64,000 bases of DNA from Candidatus Omnitrophota bacterium (GCA_043817155.1 JBDRHE010000072.1:1345-65344); one strand, 5' to 3'; shown: positions 48,621 to 57,974, counted from the first letter of the stretch. Made by a program: numbers and translations. The notes: generated by a model from the sequence alone, not told the origin.

Positions 48621-49301
48621 ATGCAGACAGGATTTAAGTATATAGATAGAAATAAGAAGCGGACGATGGTACTGGTACCGGGATGGGCAACAGACCACAG
48701 GATATTTGATTTTCTTGATATCGATTTTAACTATCTATTGCCTACGCTCTGCTACCCGAGAGACTTTGAAACCGAACTATTAAATGCGTTGCGGGAATAT
48801 AAACTCGAAAAGGTATCGATTCTCGGGTTTTCGATGGGTGGATTCGTATCCGCGAAGTTTGCGGCAAGACATGCCGGTCTTATCGAAACTCTCATCTTCG
48901 TCGGTATACGCCGCAGGTTTAGGACCGATAAGATCGAGGAGATAAGAGGGCTTCTTCTGAAGAATAAAAGAGCGTTCTTGTACAAATTCTATCTTGAATG
49001 TTTTGCGGGGAAAGAGAGTCTTATGTTGTTTAAGAGAACCTTCCTTAAAAGTTACTGCGAAGAGATGGAGATAGACCATCTATTAATGACCCTCGATTAC
49101 CTGAAGAGTGCCGAGATCGAGCCCGAAACGCTTCTTGGCATAAAGAGTATTAAGATCATCCACGGGGAAGAAGATAAGATCGCGCCTCTTAATGAAGCTA
49201 ATTGGATAAGGGAGAGGTTGCCTAAAGCAGAGTTTATTGCATTGAAAGGCGAGGGACACATTCCGTTCTTAAATAAGGAGTTCAGTAAGTCGATATGGTA
49301 G
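48621..49301 (+). CDS. Pimeloyl-ACP methyl ester esterase (BioH/BioG-like alpha/beta hydrolase)
   Basis: PGW, GFSMGG, HG..D, GH.PF; inside bio operon. Confidence 0.8.
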   Translation: MQTGFKYIDRNKKRTMVLVPGWATDHRIFDFLDIDFNYLLPTLCYPRDFETELLNALREYKLEKVSILGFSMGGFVSAKFAARHAGLIETLIFVGIRRRFRTDKIEEIRGLLLKNKRAFLYKFYLECFAGKESLMLFKRTFLKSYCEEMEIDHLLMTLDYLKSAEIEPETLLGIKSIKIIHGEEDKIAPLNEANWIRERLPKAEFIALKGEGHIPFLNKEFSKSIW

Positions 49302-49386
49302 ATCAGTCGTGTCCAAATGAGTTGTACCATATCGACGGAAATAGCGTTTTGACATTCGAAACTTTGCCATGACCGCTTTTCTCACA

Positions 49387-49455
49387 TGTCATCCCCGCGC
49401 AAGCGGGGATCCAGGCGAGAGTTTCGTCTGGATTCCCGCTTCCGCGGAAATGACA
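49387..49455. repeat. Family B doublet
   Basis: Directly visible. Confidence 0.85.
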
Positions 49456-49475
49456 AAAAGCTAATTTGGACAGCA

Positions 49476-50246
49476 ATGATGGTAGATAAAGAGACGATCA
49501 AGAAGAACTTCTCAAGGTGCGCCCCGGGATACGATAAGCACGCGTCCGTGCAAAAGATGGTTGCTTCGCAGCTTATTAAATTGATAAAGAAGCGCCGGTT
49601 CGACAATATACTGGATATAGGCTGCGGTACCGGTATCTATACTAAATATTTAAGAGAACGGTTCCCAAAAGCGCATATAAAAGCTGTGGATATCTCCCCC
49701 GGGATGATAGACGTTGCTTGCAGAAAAGATGAGCTTAAAGGGATTGAATTTGTCGCTTGCGATGGCGAAACTATGGATTTGACGGATAGCTTCGATCTGA
49801 TAACATCAAGCGCCAGTTTTCAATGGTTCACCGATCTGGAGACGGCTTTATCAAGATATAGGGGGGCATTAAAGAAGGGCGGTATGATGCTCTTTTCAAC
49901 CTTTGGCCCGCTTACTTTTTATGAATTGAATCAAACCCTGGATGACTTTTTTGGCAAGGGGGCATTTACCCATTCCCATACCTTTGACGGGCGCGCGAAG
50001 ATAGAGAATACGCTGAAGACCCTCTTTGAAGATGTTGCGATAGAGGAGAAGCAATACAAGGAAGTGTATGACTCGATCAAAAACCTTTTAATGACTATAA
50101 AACTGTGTGGCATCAGAGGTAAAGGGATCAGCCAGAGATCCGTTTGGGTGCCGGAGACAATTTCAGGACTGGAAGAGAGATACATAAGAAGATTTGAAGG
50201 TATAGTAGCAACTTATCAGGCATTCTTCTGCAGAGGAGAAAAGTGA
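49476..50246 (+). CDS. bioC: Malonyl-ACP O-methyltransferase
   Basis: FSR.A..YD.HA.VQ, LDIGCGTG, FQW, STFG. Confidence 0.92.
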   Translation: MMVDKETIKKNFSRCAPGYDKHASVQKMVASQLIKLIKKRRFDNILDIGCGTGIYTKYLRERFPKAHIKAVDISPGMIDVACRKDELKGIEFVACDGETMDLTDSFDLITSSASFQWFTDLETALSRYRGALKKGGMMLFSTFGPLTFYELNQTLDDFFGKGAFTHSHTFDGRAKIENTLKTLFEDVAIEEKQYKEVYDSIKNLLMTIKLCGIRGKGISQRSVWVPETISGLEERYIRRFEGIVATYQAFFCRGEK

Positions 50247-50938
50247 AGAGATCTAAAGCGGTATTTATTGCAAGTACGGATACCGGGGTAGGGAAGACCG
50301 TAGTAACGGGTCTTTTTGGTAGATTCCTTTTAAGTAGGGGTTTAAACGCTATACCCCAAAAATGGATACAGACAGGAGGCGTTACCGCGCTAGATGCCTT
50401 CAGGCATCTTGGTCTCATGCGAATTACCGGAGACGATATAAAGAAGCATATAGCCCATATCTCTCCATATATATTTAAATTTGCAGCCTCTCCACATCTT
50501 GCAGCTTTGCGAGAAGGAAGGAGAATAGATAAGGGCAAAATAGAGCGGAGTTTCAAACACCTGTGTTCCGAATTCGATCATGTTTTGGTAGAAGGAATTG
50601 GCGGCGGGCTTGTGCCATTTAACAAAAAGGATATGGTTATAGATATTGCGGCGAAACTTAAACTTCCGGTGATTATTGTGGCGGCAAATAGGTTGGGGGC
50701 GATCAATCATACCCTTCTTACTGTAGAGGCTATTAAAAGAAGAGGCATGAAGATATTGGGTGTTGTATTTAATGACCAGCGCAAGAAAGAGAACCCGGTT
50801 ATTCTAAAGGATAATATCAGAATAATAAGGGAGATTACAGGCCAGAGGGTGCTGGGTCGCTTGCCCTGGATCAAGAATGAGGCTGCATTATACAGAGCAT
50901 TCTTGCCCATAGGAAGGAAAATATACAAGGTTCTTTAA
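50243..50938 (+). CDS. bioD: Dethiobiotin synthase
   Basis: TDTGVGKT, QTG, SPHLA, VEGIGG, LGAINHT. Confidence 0.95.
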   Translation: MKRSKAVFIASTDTGVGKTVVTGLFGRFLLSRGLNAIPQKWIQTGGVTALDAFRHLGLMRITGDDIKKHIAHISPYIFKFAASPHLAALREGRRIDKGKIERSFKHLCSEFDHVLVEGIGGGLVPFNKKDMVIDIAAKLKLPVIIVAANRLGAINHTLLTVEAIKRRGMKILGVVFNDQRKKENPVILKDNIRIIREITGQRVLGRLPWIKNEAALYRAFLPIGRKIYKVL

Positions 50939-52276
50939 ATGGATACCTGGATAAAACGAGATTTAAAACATAATTGGCACCCTTATACGCAGATGAAGGA
51001 TTGCAAGAGGCTGCCACCCATTCTGATCGAAAAGGCGAAGGGGTTAAAATTATATGATAATAAGGGTAAGTTCTATTACGATACCATATCCAGCTGGTGG
51101 TGTAATATCCATGGGCACAATCACCCTACGATAAGACGCGCCGTTAAAGAACAGCTGGATACCCTTGAACACGTACTGTTTGCCGGTTTTACTCACAAAC
51201 CGGCAATAATCTTATCAGAGAAACTCGTCTCGATCGCTCCAAAAAACCTTACAAGAGTATTCTATTCGGACAATGGATCGACAGCGGTTGAGACGGCAAT
51301 TAAGATGTCGCTTCAATACTGGTATAATACCGGCAGAAGCAACAAGAGAAGATTTATATCGCTGGATCATGGATACCATGGTGATACCGCAGGCGCTATG
51401 AGTGTAGGCGGCGTAAGCCTCTTTAACGAGGTATTCAGCCCGCTCCTCTTTAAGGCTTTCAAAGCGCCATCACCTTATTGCTATAGGTGTCCTATGGGCG
51501 AAGAGAGAGACTCCTGTGGTATAGAATGCATAAAGCCGCTCGAGAAGATATTAAAGGCAAAGAGTGGCGAAATAGCCGGCATGATCCTGGAGCCGCTTGT
51601 CATGGCAGCGGGCGGAATGATAATCTATCCGAAGGAGTACCTAAAGAAGGCGCGCGAACTTACCGGAAGATATAATGTGCATTTGATACTGGATGAGGTG
51701 GCTACCGGATTTGGAAGAACAGGGAAGATGTTCGCGTGTGAGCACACGAATACCAAGCCCGACTTCATGTGTCTCTCTAAAGGCATCACATCCGGATACA
51801 TGCCGCTTGCCGCGACACTTACTACCGGCAAGATATATAGAGCTTTCTACGCCGATCTCGAAAAGAAGAAGACCTTCTATCACGGTCACACCTACACCGC
51901 CAATCCTCTGGCATGCAGAGCGGCGCTGGCAAGTCTCGAGATCTTTAAAAATGAGGATACGCTTAAAAGGGTAGAAGCGATAGCTCCCATCTTTAATGAA
52001 GAGCTAGCAATGTTCAGAAACCTAAAGTTAATAGGGGATGTCAGGCACATAGGTATGATAGGGGCCCTTGAGCTTGTAAAGGATAAGAGCACAAAGGAGC
52101 CCTTCGCCATTAAAGATGGGATAGGCGCACGCATCTATAAGGAGGGGCTCAAGAAGAATCTTCTACTCAGGCCGCTTGGGAACATAGTCTACTTCTACCT
52201 ACCGCTTTGCATAAAGAAATCGGAGCTTCGCACCATCCTGAAGCGAACCTTCAAAATAATTAAAAGAATATATTGA
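50939..52276 (+). CDS. bioA: Adenosylmethionine-8-amino-7-oxononanoate aminotransferase
   Basis: WHPYTQ, SSWW, YHGDT, DEVATGFGRTG, LSKG, HGHTY. Confidence 0.96.
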   Translation: MDTWIKRDLKHNWHPYTQMKDCKRLPPILIEKAKGLKLYDNKGKFYYDTISSWWCNIHGHNHPTIRRAVKEQLDTLEHVLFAGFTHKPAIILSEKLVSIAPKNLTRVFYSDNGSTAVETAIKMSLQYWYNTGRSNKRRFISLDHGYHGDTAGAMSVGGVSLFNEVFSPLLFKAFKAPSPYCYRCPMGEERDSCGIECIKPLEKILKAKSGEIAGMILEPLVMAAGGMIIYPKEYLKKARELTGRYNVHLILDEVATGFGRTGKMFACEHTNTKPDFMCLSKGITSGYMPLAATLTTGKIYRAFYADLEKKKTFYHGHTYTANPLACRAALASLEIFKNEDTLKRVEAIAPIFNEELAMFRNLKLIGDVRHIGMIGALELVKDKSTKEPFAIKDGIGARIYKEGLKKNLLLRPLGNIVYFYLPLCIKKSELRTILKRTFKIIKRIY

Positions 52277-52317
52277 CAGAAGTTTTTTTTCTGCTACAAT
52301 TGAAATTGAATTTCAAT
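52273..52317 (+). promoter_or_regulatory. sigma70 promoter with overlapping Fur-family operator
   Basis: TTGACA-16-TACAAT followed by perfect 9-1-9 palindrome ATTGAAATT-G-AATTTCAAT (52299-52317). Confidence 0.8.
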
Positions 52318-52319
52318 GT

Positions 52320-52626
52320 CATCCTCCTGCGCCATAGCAGAAATTCACTGTATCTATGCTCCGGAGGATGCTATCCACCGAAGCCAAACACGGTAAGTAT
52401 TTGGCGAAGGTGGATCAATAGACGCCACCGTCTCGTCTTTGCGAGGTGCCGTGATTTACTGAGCGCACCGAAGCAATCTCAAACGAGCTCGAATGAGATT
52501 GCCTGCCTGCCAGTATATTTCGGGCAGGCAGGCTTCGGCACGCTCGAATATTCCGGTGCCTCGCAAAGACAGAGTAAAATGAGACTGCTTCGGCACACTC
52601 CGAATTTTTTGGTATCTCGCAATGAT
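52320..52626. repeat. Repeat train: ATCCTCC..GGAGGAT hairpin, ATCCACCGAAGCC..GGCGAAGGTGGAT hairpin, family A with E insert, extra A arm
   Basis: Directly visible in the fur-feo 5' leader. Confidence 0.8.
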
Positions 52627-52649
52627 GTGCTGGATGAGAGGAGAGTAAT

Positions 52650-53075
52650 ATGAGCAAAGAGCTGGAGCTTTTTAACTCGTTCCTGAAGAAGAAGAATCTA
52701 AAGGTTACCAAACAAAGGGAAGAGCTATTAAAGATATTCTTAAATACGAGAAAACACCTTAGCGTTGAAGAATTCTATAACATTGCCAAGAAGAGAGACC
52801 ACCGCATAGGTCTTGCTACTGCGTTTAGAACGCTCAAGCTTTTGAAGGAGATGGGTATTGCCAAAGAGGTGCTCCTCGGGGATAAGATCATAAGATATGA
52901 GAGGAAGTACGGACACGGTCATCACGATCACCTTGTGTGCACTGATTGCGGAAAATGTATAGAGGCCGTAGACCCCAAAATAGAGGAGCTGCAGGATACC
53001 CTCTGTAAGAGATTTGGGTTTAAACCCGAACGGCACAGAATGGAGATCTTTGGCCTTTGTAAAAAATGTAGATAA
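52650..53075 (+). CDS. fur: Fur family transcriptional regulator
   Basis: T.QR, HLS.EE, AT.FRTL, HHDHLVC..C, C..C. Confidence 0.9.
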   Translation: MSKELELFNSFLKKKNLKVTKQREELLKIFLNTRKHLSVEEFYNIAKKRDHRIGLATAFRTLKLLKEMGIAKEVLLGDKIIRYERKYGHGHHDHLVCTDCGKCIEAVDPKIEELQDTLCKRFGFKPERHRMEIFGLCKKCR

Positions 53076-53149
53076 TGATTACACAGATTATCAGGGATTG
53101 ATTACACAGACTTTAGACGGATTACACAGATTATAGGTTAGGTGTTCGG

Positions 53150-53638
53150 ATGAAGAAGATTGCGATAGTTGGAAGTCCTAACGTAGGCAAGAGCGTCTTA
53201 TTTAATGCGCTTACTAAAAGGTATGTAACGGTATCGAACTATCCCGGTACGACGGTCGAAGTTTCGCGAGGAAGGATAGAACTGGAAGGCATGGAGTATG
53301 AGGTAATCGATACGCCGGGGATGTATTCTCTTATGCCGATCACAGAAGAGGAGCGTGTTGCCAGAAGGATTCTTATAAATGAGAAGCCCGATATCGTCCT
53401 CCATGTACTCGATGCAAAGAACTTAGAGAGAATGTTATCTTTGACCTTGCAGCTATCGGAGGCGCATCTTCACACCATATTGGTGCTCAATATCATGGAT
53501 GAAGCAGCCAAAGAGGGAGTCTTTATAGATACCGCGCTACTTGAAAAGGAACTGAAGATTCCCGTTTTAGAGACTGTCTCTACAAAAGGCAAGGGGATAG
53601 AGGAGCTTAAGAAGAGGATTGTCAATCATGACAAATGA
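53150..53638 (+). CDS. feoB: FeoB N-terminal GTPase domain as separate ORF
   Basis: GSPNVGKS, NYPGTTV, DTPG, N.MD; ends after G domain. Confidence 0.9.
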   Translation: MKKIAIVGSPNVGKSVLFNALTKRYVTVSNYPGTTVEVSRGRIELEGMEYEVIDTPGMYSLMPITEEERVARRILINEKPDIVLHVLDAKNLERMLSLTLQLSEAHLHTILVLNIMDEAAKEGVFIDTALLEKELKIPVLETVSTKGKGIEELKKRIVNHDK

Positions 53639-55076
53639 ATATAAAGGACCGGTCGAATACTCTATAGAGATCGCAGCTGAGAGGATCGAGGCCCTCTTAA
53701 AGGCCGATTACGGCATCTCCAAGCGGTCAATCGCTCTCCTTCTTTTGCAGGAGGATGGCGAAATATTGGATCTTGCGAAGGAGAGAGATCCTGGATCCTT
53801 TCCTGAGATAGATGAATCTATAGAGGAGCTCAAATCACATTATTCCAATCCGATTGTGTACGAGCTGGCGGTTGAAAGGCAAAACGTAGTAAAGGAGATA
53901 ACAGGGAAGGTAGTGAAACTGCGCAAAACTAAGGTCTCTTTCCAGGAAAGATTGAGCCGTCTTACAACGAATCCGGTAACGGGGATACCCATACTTCTAT
54001 TTATTCTTTACATAGGGTTGTATAAGTTTGTAGGTGGGTTTGGCGCAGGAACCATAGTTGATTTTTTGGAGAGGACTATCTTCGAAGAGCGCCTGAATCC
54101 TTTTTTGATAGACCTATTTACCCGCTTTGTTCCATGGGGGGTTATACGGGATCTATTTGTCGGGGAATACGGATTAGTAACGATGGGATTCAGGTATGCA
54201 GTAGCATTGATATTGCCCATCGTTACTCTCTTCTTTGTTGTATTCTCTATAATAGAAGATAGCGGTTATCTGCCGCGCCTTGCGATGCTGATCGACAGAA
54301 CGTTCAAAAAGATCGGCTTAAGCGGAAGGGCTGTTATACCTATGGTGCTGGGGTTCGGATGCGCAACAATGGCAACAATGGTTACAAGGACTCTTCCGAC
54401 CAAACGTGAGCGTGTTATTGCGACCATGCTTCTTGCTCTGGCTGTACCGTGTTCAGCGCAGCTTGGAGTTATCCTGGCTCTTCTGGAGGGTAAGACCGGC
54501 GCTATGTTCATATGGGTCGGGGTGGTTAGTTTTATATTTTTATTTATCGGTTTTCTGACAGCAAAAATTCTACCGGGAGAGAGGCCGTCATTCTATATGG
54601 AGATACCGCCACTACGCATGCCGGGGCTCTCCAATGTGCTTACAAAGACATACGTAAGGGTTAAGTGGTATTTTAAAGAGATACTGCCGATCTTTCTTAT
54701 AGCGAGCGTTCTTATATGGTTTGGTCAGCTTATAGGACTATTTGATCTATTAATAAGGTTTCTTGCAAAACCCGTAGCTCTTATAGGTTTACCTGAGGAA
54801 GCGGCAAAGATATTCTTGTTCGGTTTTTTTAGGCGGGACTATGGTGCAGCCGGGCTTTATGACCTTAATAAGCAGGGGCTATTAAGCGGCGTGCAGCTTG
54901 TAGTCGCATGTGTAGCTTTGACACTATTCCTTCCGTGTATCGCGCAGTTCCTTATTAATGTAAAAGAACGCGGATGGAAGACCGGGTTTGCAATATCGAT
55001 ATTCATACTCTTCTTCTCTTTTGGAGCTGCGTATACGGTCAATCTCCTGTTGACAAGATTGGGAGTGGTGTTATGA
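53628..55076 (+). CDS. feoB: FeoB GDI + transmembrane domain as separate ORF
   Basis: EDSGYLPR, GFGC, VPCSAQ, MEIPP, LPCIA; GAGGA RBS before ATG 53628. Confidence 0.9.
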   Translation: MTNEYKGPVEYSIEIAAERIEALLKADYGISKRSIALLLLQEDGEILDLAKERDPGSFPEIDESIEELKSHYSNPIVYELAVERQNVVKEITGKVVKLRKTKVSFQERLSRLTTNPVTGIPILLFILYIGLYKFVGGFGAGTIVDFLERTIFEERLNPFLIDLFTRFVPWGVIRDLFVGEYGLVTMGFRYAVALILPIVTLFFVVFSIIEDSGYLPRLAMLIDRTFKKIGLSGRAVIPMVLGFGCATMATMVTRTLPTKRERVIATMLLALAVPCSAQLGVILALLEGKTGAMFIWVGVVSFIFLFIGFLTAKILPGERPSFYMEIPPLRMPGLSNVLTKTYVRVKWYFKEILPIFLIASVLIWFGQLIGLFDLLIRFLAKPVALIGLPEEAAKIFLFGFFRRDYGAAGLYDLNKQGLLSGVQLVVACVALTLFLPCIAQFLINVKERGWKTGFAISIFILFFSFGAAYTVNLLLTRLGVVL

Positions 55077-55252
55077 TTAAGTGCACGCTCTGTGGACTTG
55101 AATTCAATAAAAGTGACGCGAAGGGCGGCTGCACGAGCTGTCCGATGTTAAAGAATAATTGCGAACTTGTAAGGTGTCCCAACTGCGGGTTTGAGACAGT
55201 TTGCCCCGTGGAACGGTCCAAAGATAAAAAGGAAGGAAACCTACCGAAATGA
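55073..55252 (+). CDS. Small Cys-rich protein (FeoC-like role possible)
   Basis: 59 aa, 8 Cys (CxxC, CxxC, C, CxxC, C); ATGA coupling on both sides. Confidence 0.75.
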   Translation: MIKCTLCGLEFNKSDAKGGCTSCPMLKNNCELVRCPNCGFETVCPVERSKDKKEGNLPK

Positions 55253-55887
55253 TATTGACGGACAAAGAAGAAGAGATATTGGAGAGGCTTTGGATAGAGT
55301 TGATAGAACAGAAGAAGGGTCTCTGTGATCCCGAGACCTTCAGAGACAATGAAAGCCTCGAACGCTTAGACGATCTGGGCTATATAAAAATAGAAGAAGC
55401 CCGGATAACTCTTACAGCGAAGGGTGAAGGCGAAGCGAAATATTGCGTAAGAAGGCACCGTCTGGCAGAGAGATTATTTGTAGATGTGTTTGACATCAAA
55501 ATGAAATCGGCTCACGCTCCAAGCTGCAAATTTGAACATCTGCTTCATAAGGGACTTGATGAGAGCATATGTACGCTTTTGGGTCACCCGAAAACATGTC
55601 CACATGGGAAGGCTATACCCGAAGGCAATTGTTGTAATAGGGCCAGGGTGGATCCAAAGAAAATTATAATGCCCTTGCACGAACTAGATGTGAATAAGAA
55701 AGCAAAGATCTGCTATCTTCAGACAAAAGACTCAAGCACCTTGCAGAAGGCCATTGCGATAGGCGCATTGCCTAATACGGAGATCTCTCTTATACAGAAG
55801 ACCCCCTCTATCGTGTTCCAGGTAGGGAAGAGTCAATTCGCCATAGACACCGAACTCGCAAGTCATATATACGTAAGGATATTATAG
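55249..55887 (+). CDS. DtxR/MntR-family metal-dependent regulator with C-terminal FeoA domain
   Basis: RRHRLAERL, C.FEH, LGHPKTCPHG..IP, FeoA-like tail. Confidence 0.88.
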   Translation: MILTDKEEEILERLWIELIEQKKGLCDPETFRDNESLERLDDLGYIKIEEARITLTAKGEGEAKYCVRRHRLAERLFVDVFDIKMKSAHAPSCKFEHLLHKGLDESICTLLGHPKTCPHGKAIPEGNCCNRARVDPKKIIMPLHELDVNKKAKICYLQTKDSSTLQKAIAIGALPNTEISLIQKTPSIVFQVGKSQFAIDTELASHIYVRIL

Positions 55888-55889
55888 AG

Positions 55890-56807
55890 ATGGACTATCA
55901 GGCGATGACCACAGATTTTATTCATACACTTAAATACTATCTGATCGAGATAATACCCGCTCTCGGGATCGGGTTCTTCCTGAGCGGGCTGGTCCACGAG
56001 TTTATCCCTTCCCACTGGATAAACAGGCATCTTGGCGGCAGGGGAATGAAGGGCATTCTATATTCTACATTAATAGGTACACTTATGCCTGTATGTTGTT
56101 GGGGGTCTCTTCCGATAGCAATGAGCTTTTACATGAGAGGGGCGTCTCTAGGGCCGGTACTCGCGATACTCATTGCCACGCCTGCCACCTCGATCAATGC
56201 GATCATCGTAACCGGTAAATTCTTTGGACTTAAGCTCGCGGCATTCCTATTCTTCTCCGTTATATCGATAGGTGTAACAGCCGGCATAGTCGGTAACATG
56301 ATAAAGGTAAAGCGGAGAGAGTTACCTGACGAGTCGTGTGAATGCCCAACATGCGAGACTGATGAAGGCAAGAGTAAGCCACAGAAGAGAGGACTCAGTC
56401 AGCGCCTCTTGTCCGTTCTCAAGTTTGCGTACATTGATATGCCGAAGAGAATCGGGGTAGAGACGGCTATAGGTCTTCTGCTCGCGGCATTTATAAGCAC
56501 AGTAACTCCCGTTGGGTATTTAGTAAAGAACTACCTGGCAGGGAGCGCGGGATATATATTCTCTGTAATCTTCGGGCTTGCCATGTATATGTGCGCTACC
56601 ATGGGAGTGCCTCTAGTTTACGCTTTTGTAAAACAGGGGCTCGCGATCGGTCCGGGCTTCACGCTACTTCTAATTGGGCCTATCACAAGCTACGGCACAA
56701 TACTTGTGCTGAAGAAGGAATTCGGAATGAAGATACTGGGGATATATCTATCCTTAATATGCGTTACATCGGTACTTTTAGGATATGTATATAGCCTGAT
56801 CCGGTAA
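55890..56807 (+). CDS. Permease (DUF318/ArsP-like)
   Basis: Two hydrophobic halves with PVCCWGSLP and MYMCAT, central CECPTC loop. Confidence 0.8.
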   Translation: MDYQAMTTDFIHTLKYYLIEIIPALGIGFFLSGLVHEFIPSHWINRHLGGRGMKGILYSTLIGTLMPVCCWGSLPIAMSFYMRGASLGPVLAILIATPATSINAIIVTGKFFGLKLAAFLFFSVISIGVTAGIVGNMIKVKRRELPDESCECPTCETDEGKSKPQKRGLSQRLLSVLKFAYIDMPKRIGVETAIGLLLAAFISTVTPVGYLVKNYLAGSAGYIFSVIFGLAMYMCATMGVPLVYAFVKQGLAIGPGFTLLLIGPITSYGTILVLKKEFGMKILGIYLSLICVTSVLLGYVYSLIR

Positions 56808-56828
56808 GGGAGTTTTTTAACCGGTAAT

Positions 56829-56866
56829 CATTCCAACCCCGGGCTGAACAACCCGGGGCTGGAATG
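56829..56866. repeat. Family D hairpin
   Basis: CATTCCAACCCCGGG...CCCGGGGCTGGAATG. Confidence 0.7.
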
Positions 56867-56921
56867 CGCATCTCGGCTGTTGACGAAAAGTGACGATTAT
56901 CGAGACTCGACCCCAAGTTAT

Positions 56922-57662
56922 ATGAGAAAATTCGCTCTTATTGCATTGGTGTTTTTTAATGCTGCATGCGCCTGGTGCCCTTTATGGCTTTTCACTCAGG
57001 ATTCTGTAGAAGAGAATATATTTTTTTCATATGAAAGATTCTATCCCCAGGCAAGTGTGGTAAAAGATCCTCACCGGGATGGCATAGTACAGACCAACAT
57101 AAGCGATTTTATGCAAAATTATTCAGACGGCATATACGCCATATCCGCGGGGGAAACGGAAAAAGCAAAAAGTAACCTATTAAAAGCGCGGGCAATCTGG
57201 CCGGAATATTTCGGCACGGATTTTCTTTTGGCCCGTGTAAACGAAGACGAGAGGCACTATGGCCTGTCAGCCAGATTTTACAAAAGTTATTTAAATAAAT
57301 TAAGATCTTTGTCCGCAGGGGAATACAGGGTTTCAGAAAAGCTCATAGAGACTATAACCCCTTACAAAATAGAGAACTATGACGAGGCATATATATTCGT
57401 TGAAGAGAGGCTAATGCGATACGGTATAGATCTGGCCAGAGTCCGACCTGTTTATATGATCCTGCCTTTTATCAAGTATTTGATCATATTTTTCGTAATA
57501 GGGACAGGGTGTATAGCAGTGGTTTACAAGGTTATACCGTATATTAAGATGCGGCAGCTTATAAAAAATCCTCCCGAAGGATTTTGGGTGTGTAGTAATT
57601 GCGGAACGGAAAACACTCTGCTTCAAAAAAAATGTGAAAAATGCGACAATTTTAAACAATAG
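56922..57662 (+). CDS. Exported TPR-like membrane protein with C-terminal RanBP2-type zinc finger
   Basis: Signal peptide, TPR-like helices, TM, WVCSNCGTEN......CEKC. Confidence 0.65.
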   Translation: MRKFALIALVFFNAACAWCPLWLFTQDSVEENIFFSYERFYPQASVVKDPHRDGIVQTNISDFMQNYSDGIYAISAGETEKAKSNLLKARAIWPEYFGTDFLLARVNEDERHYGLSARFYKSYLNKLRSLSAGEYRVSEKLIETITPYKIENYDEAYIFVEERLMRYGIDLARVRPVYMILPFIKYLIIFFVIGTGCIAVVYKVIPYIKMRQLIKNPPEGFWVCSNCGTENTLLQKKCEKCDNFKQ

Positions 57663-57697
57663 GAACAGTGACCATTTTTTAAAAAAAGGAGGAGAAG

Positions 57698-57925
57698 ATG
57701 GCAGAAGCTGAAAGCAAACATGATAAATTTAAAAGGCTGGCATCGCTAAGGGTGACGAATGCAATAAAGAAGATAGAGCTGATAGGGAACCTGACCGGTT
57801 CCGGTTACGAATCCACACCGGAAGAGGTGGAGAAGATATTCAAGGCCATCCAGGATACACTGGACGTTGTTAAAGGCAAATTTTCCAAGACAAAGAGGGT
57901 AGACAGCAGCAAGTTCGAGCTGTAA
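57698..57925 (+). CDS. Small conserved-looking hypothetical protein
   Basis: AGGAGG RBS; KFKRLA..RV..AIK.I.LIGNL pattern. Confidence 0.75.
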   Translation: MAEAESKHDKFKRLASLRVTNAIKKIELIGNLTGSGYESTPEEVEKIFKAIQDTLDVVKGKFSKTKRVDSSKFEL

Positions 57926-57974
57926 TAAAGAGTGCCTTTTTTTAAATTGGCTATCCCATGTTATATCTTTTTTC

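Noticed and set aside
9671-49455. ATCCCCGCGCAAGCGGGGAT resembles type I-E CRISPR repeats
   Set aside because: Copies are dispersed inverted doublets, not direct repeats with unique spacers; no cas genes are present
53630-53645. Selenocysteine or stop readthrough at the feoB TGA
   Set aside because: An in-frame TAA follows two codons later and the downstream domain is in another frame
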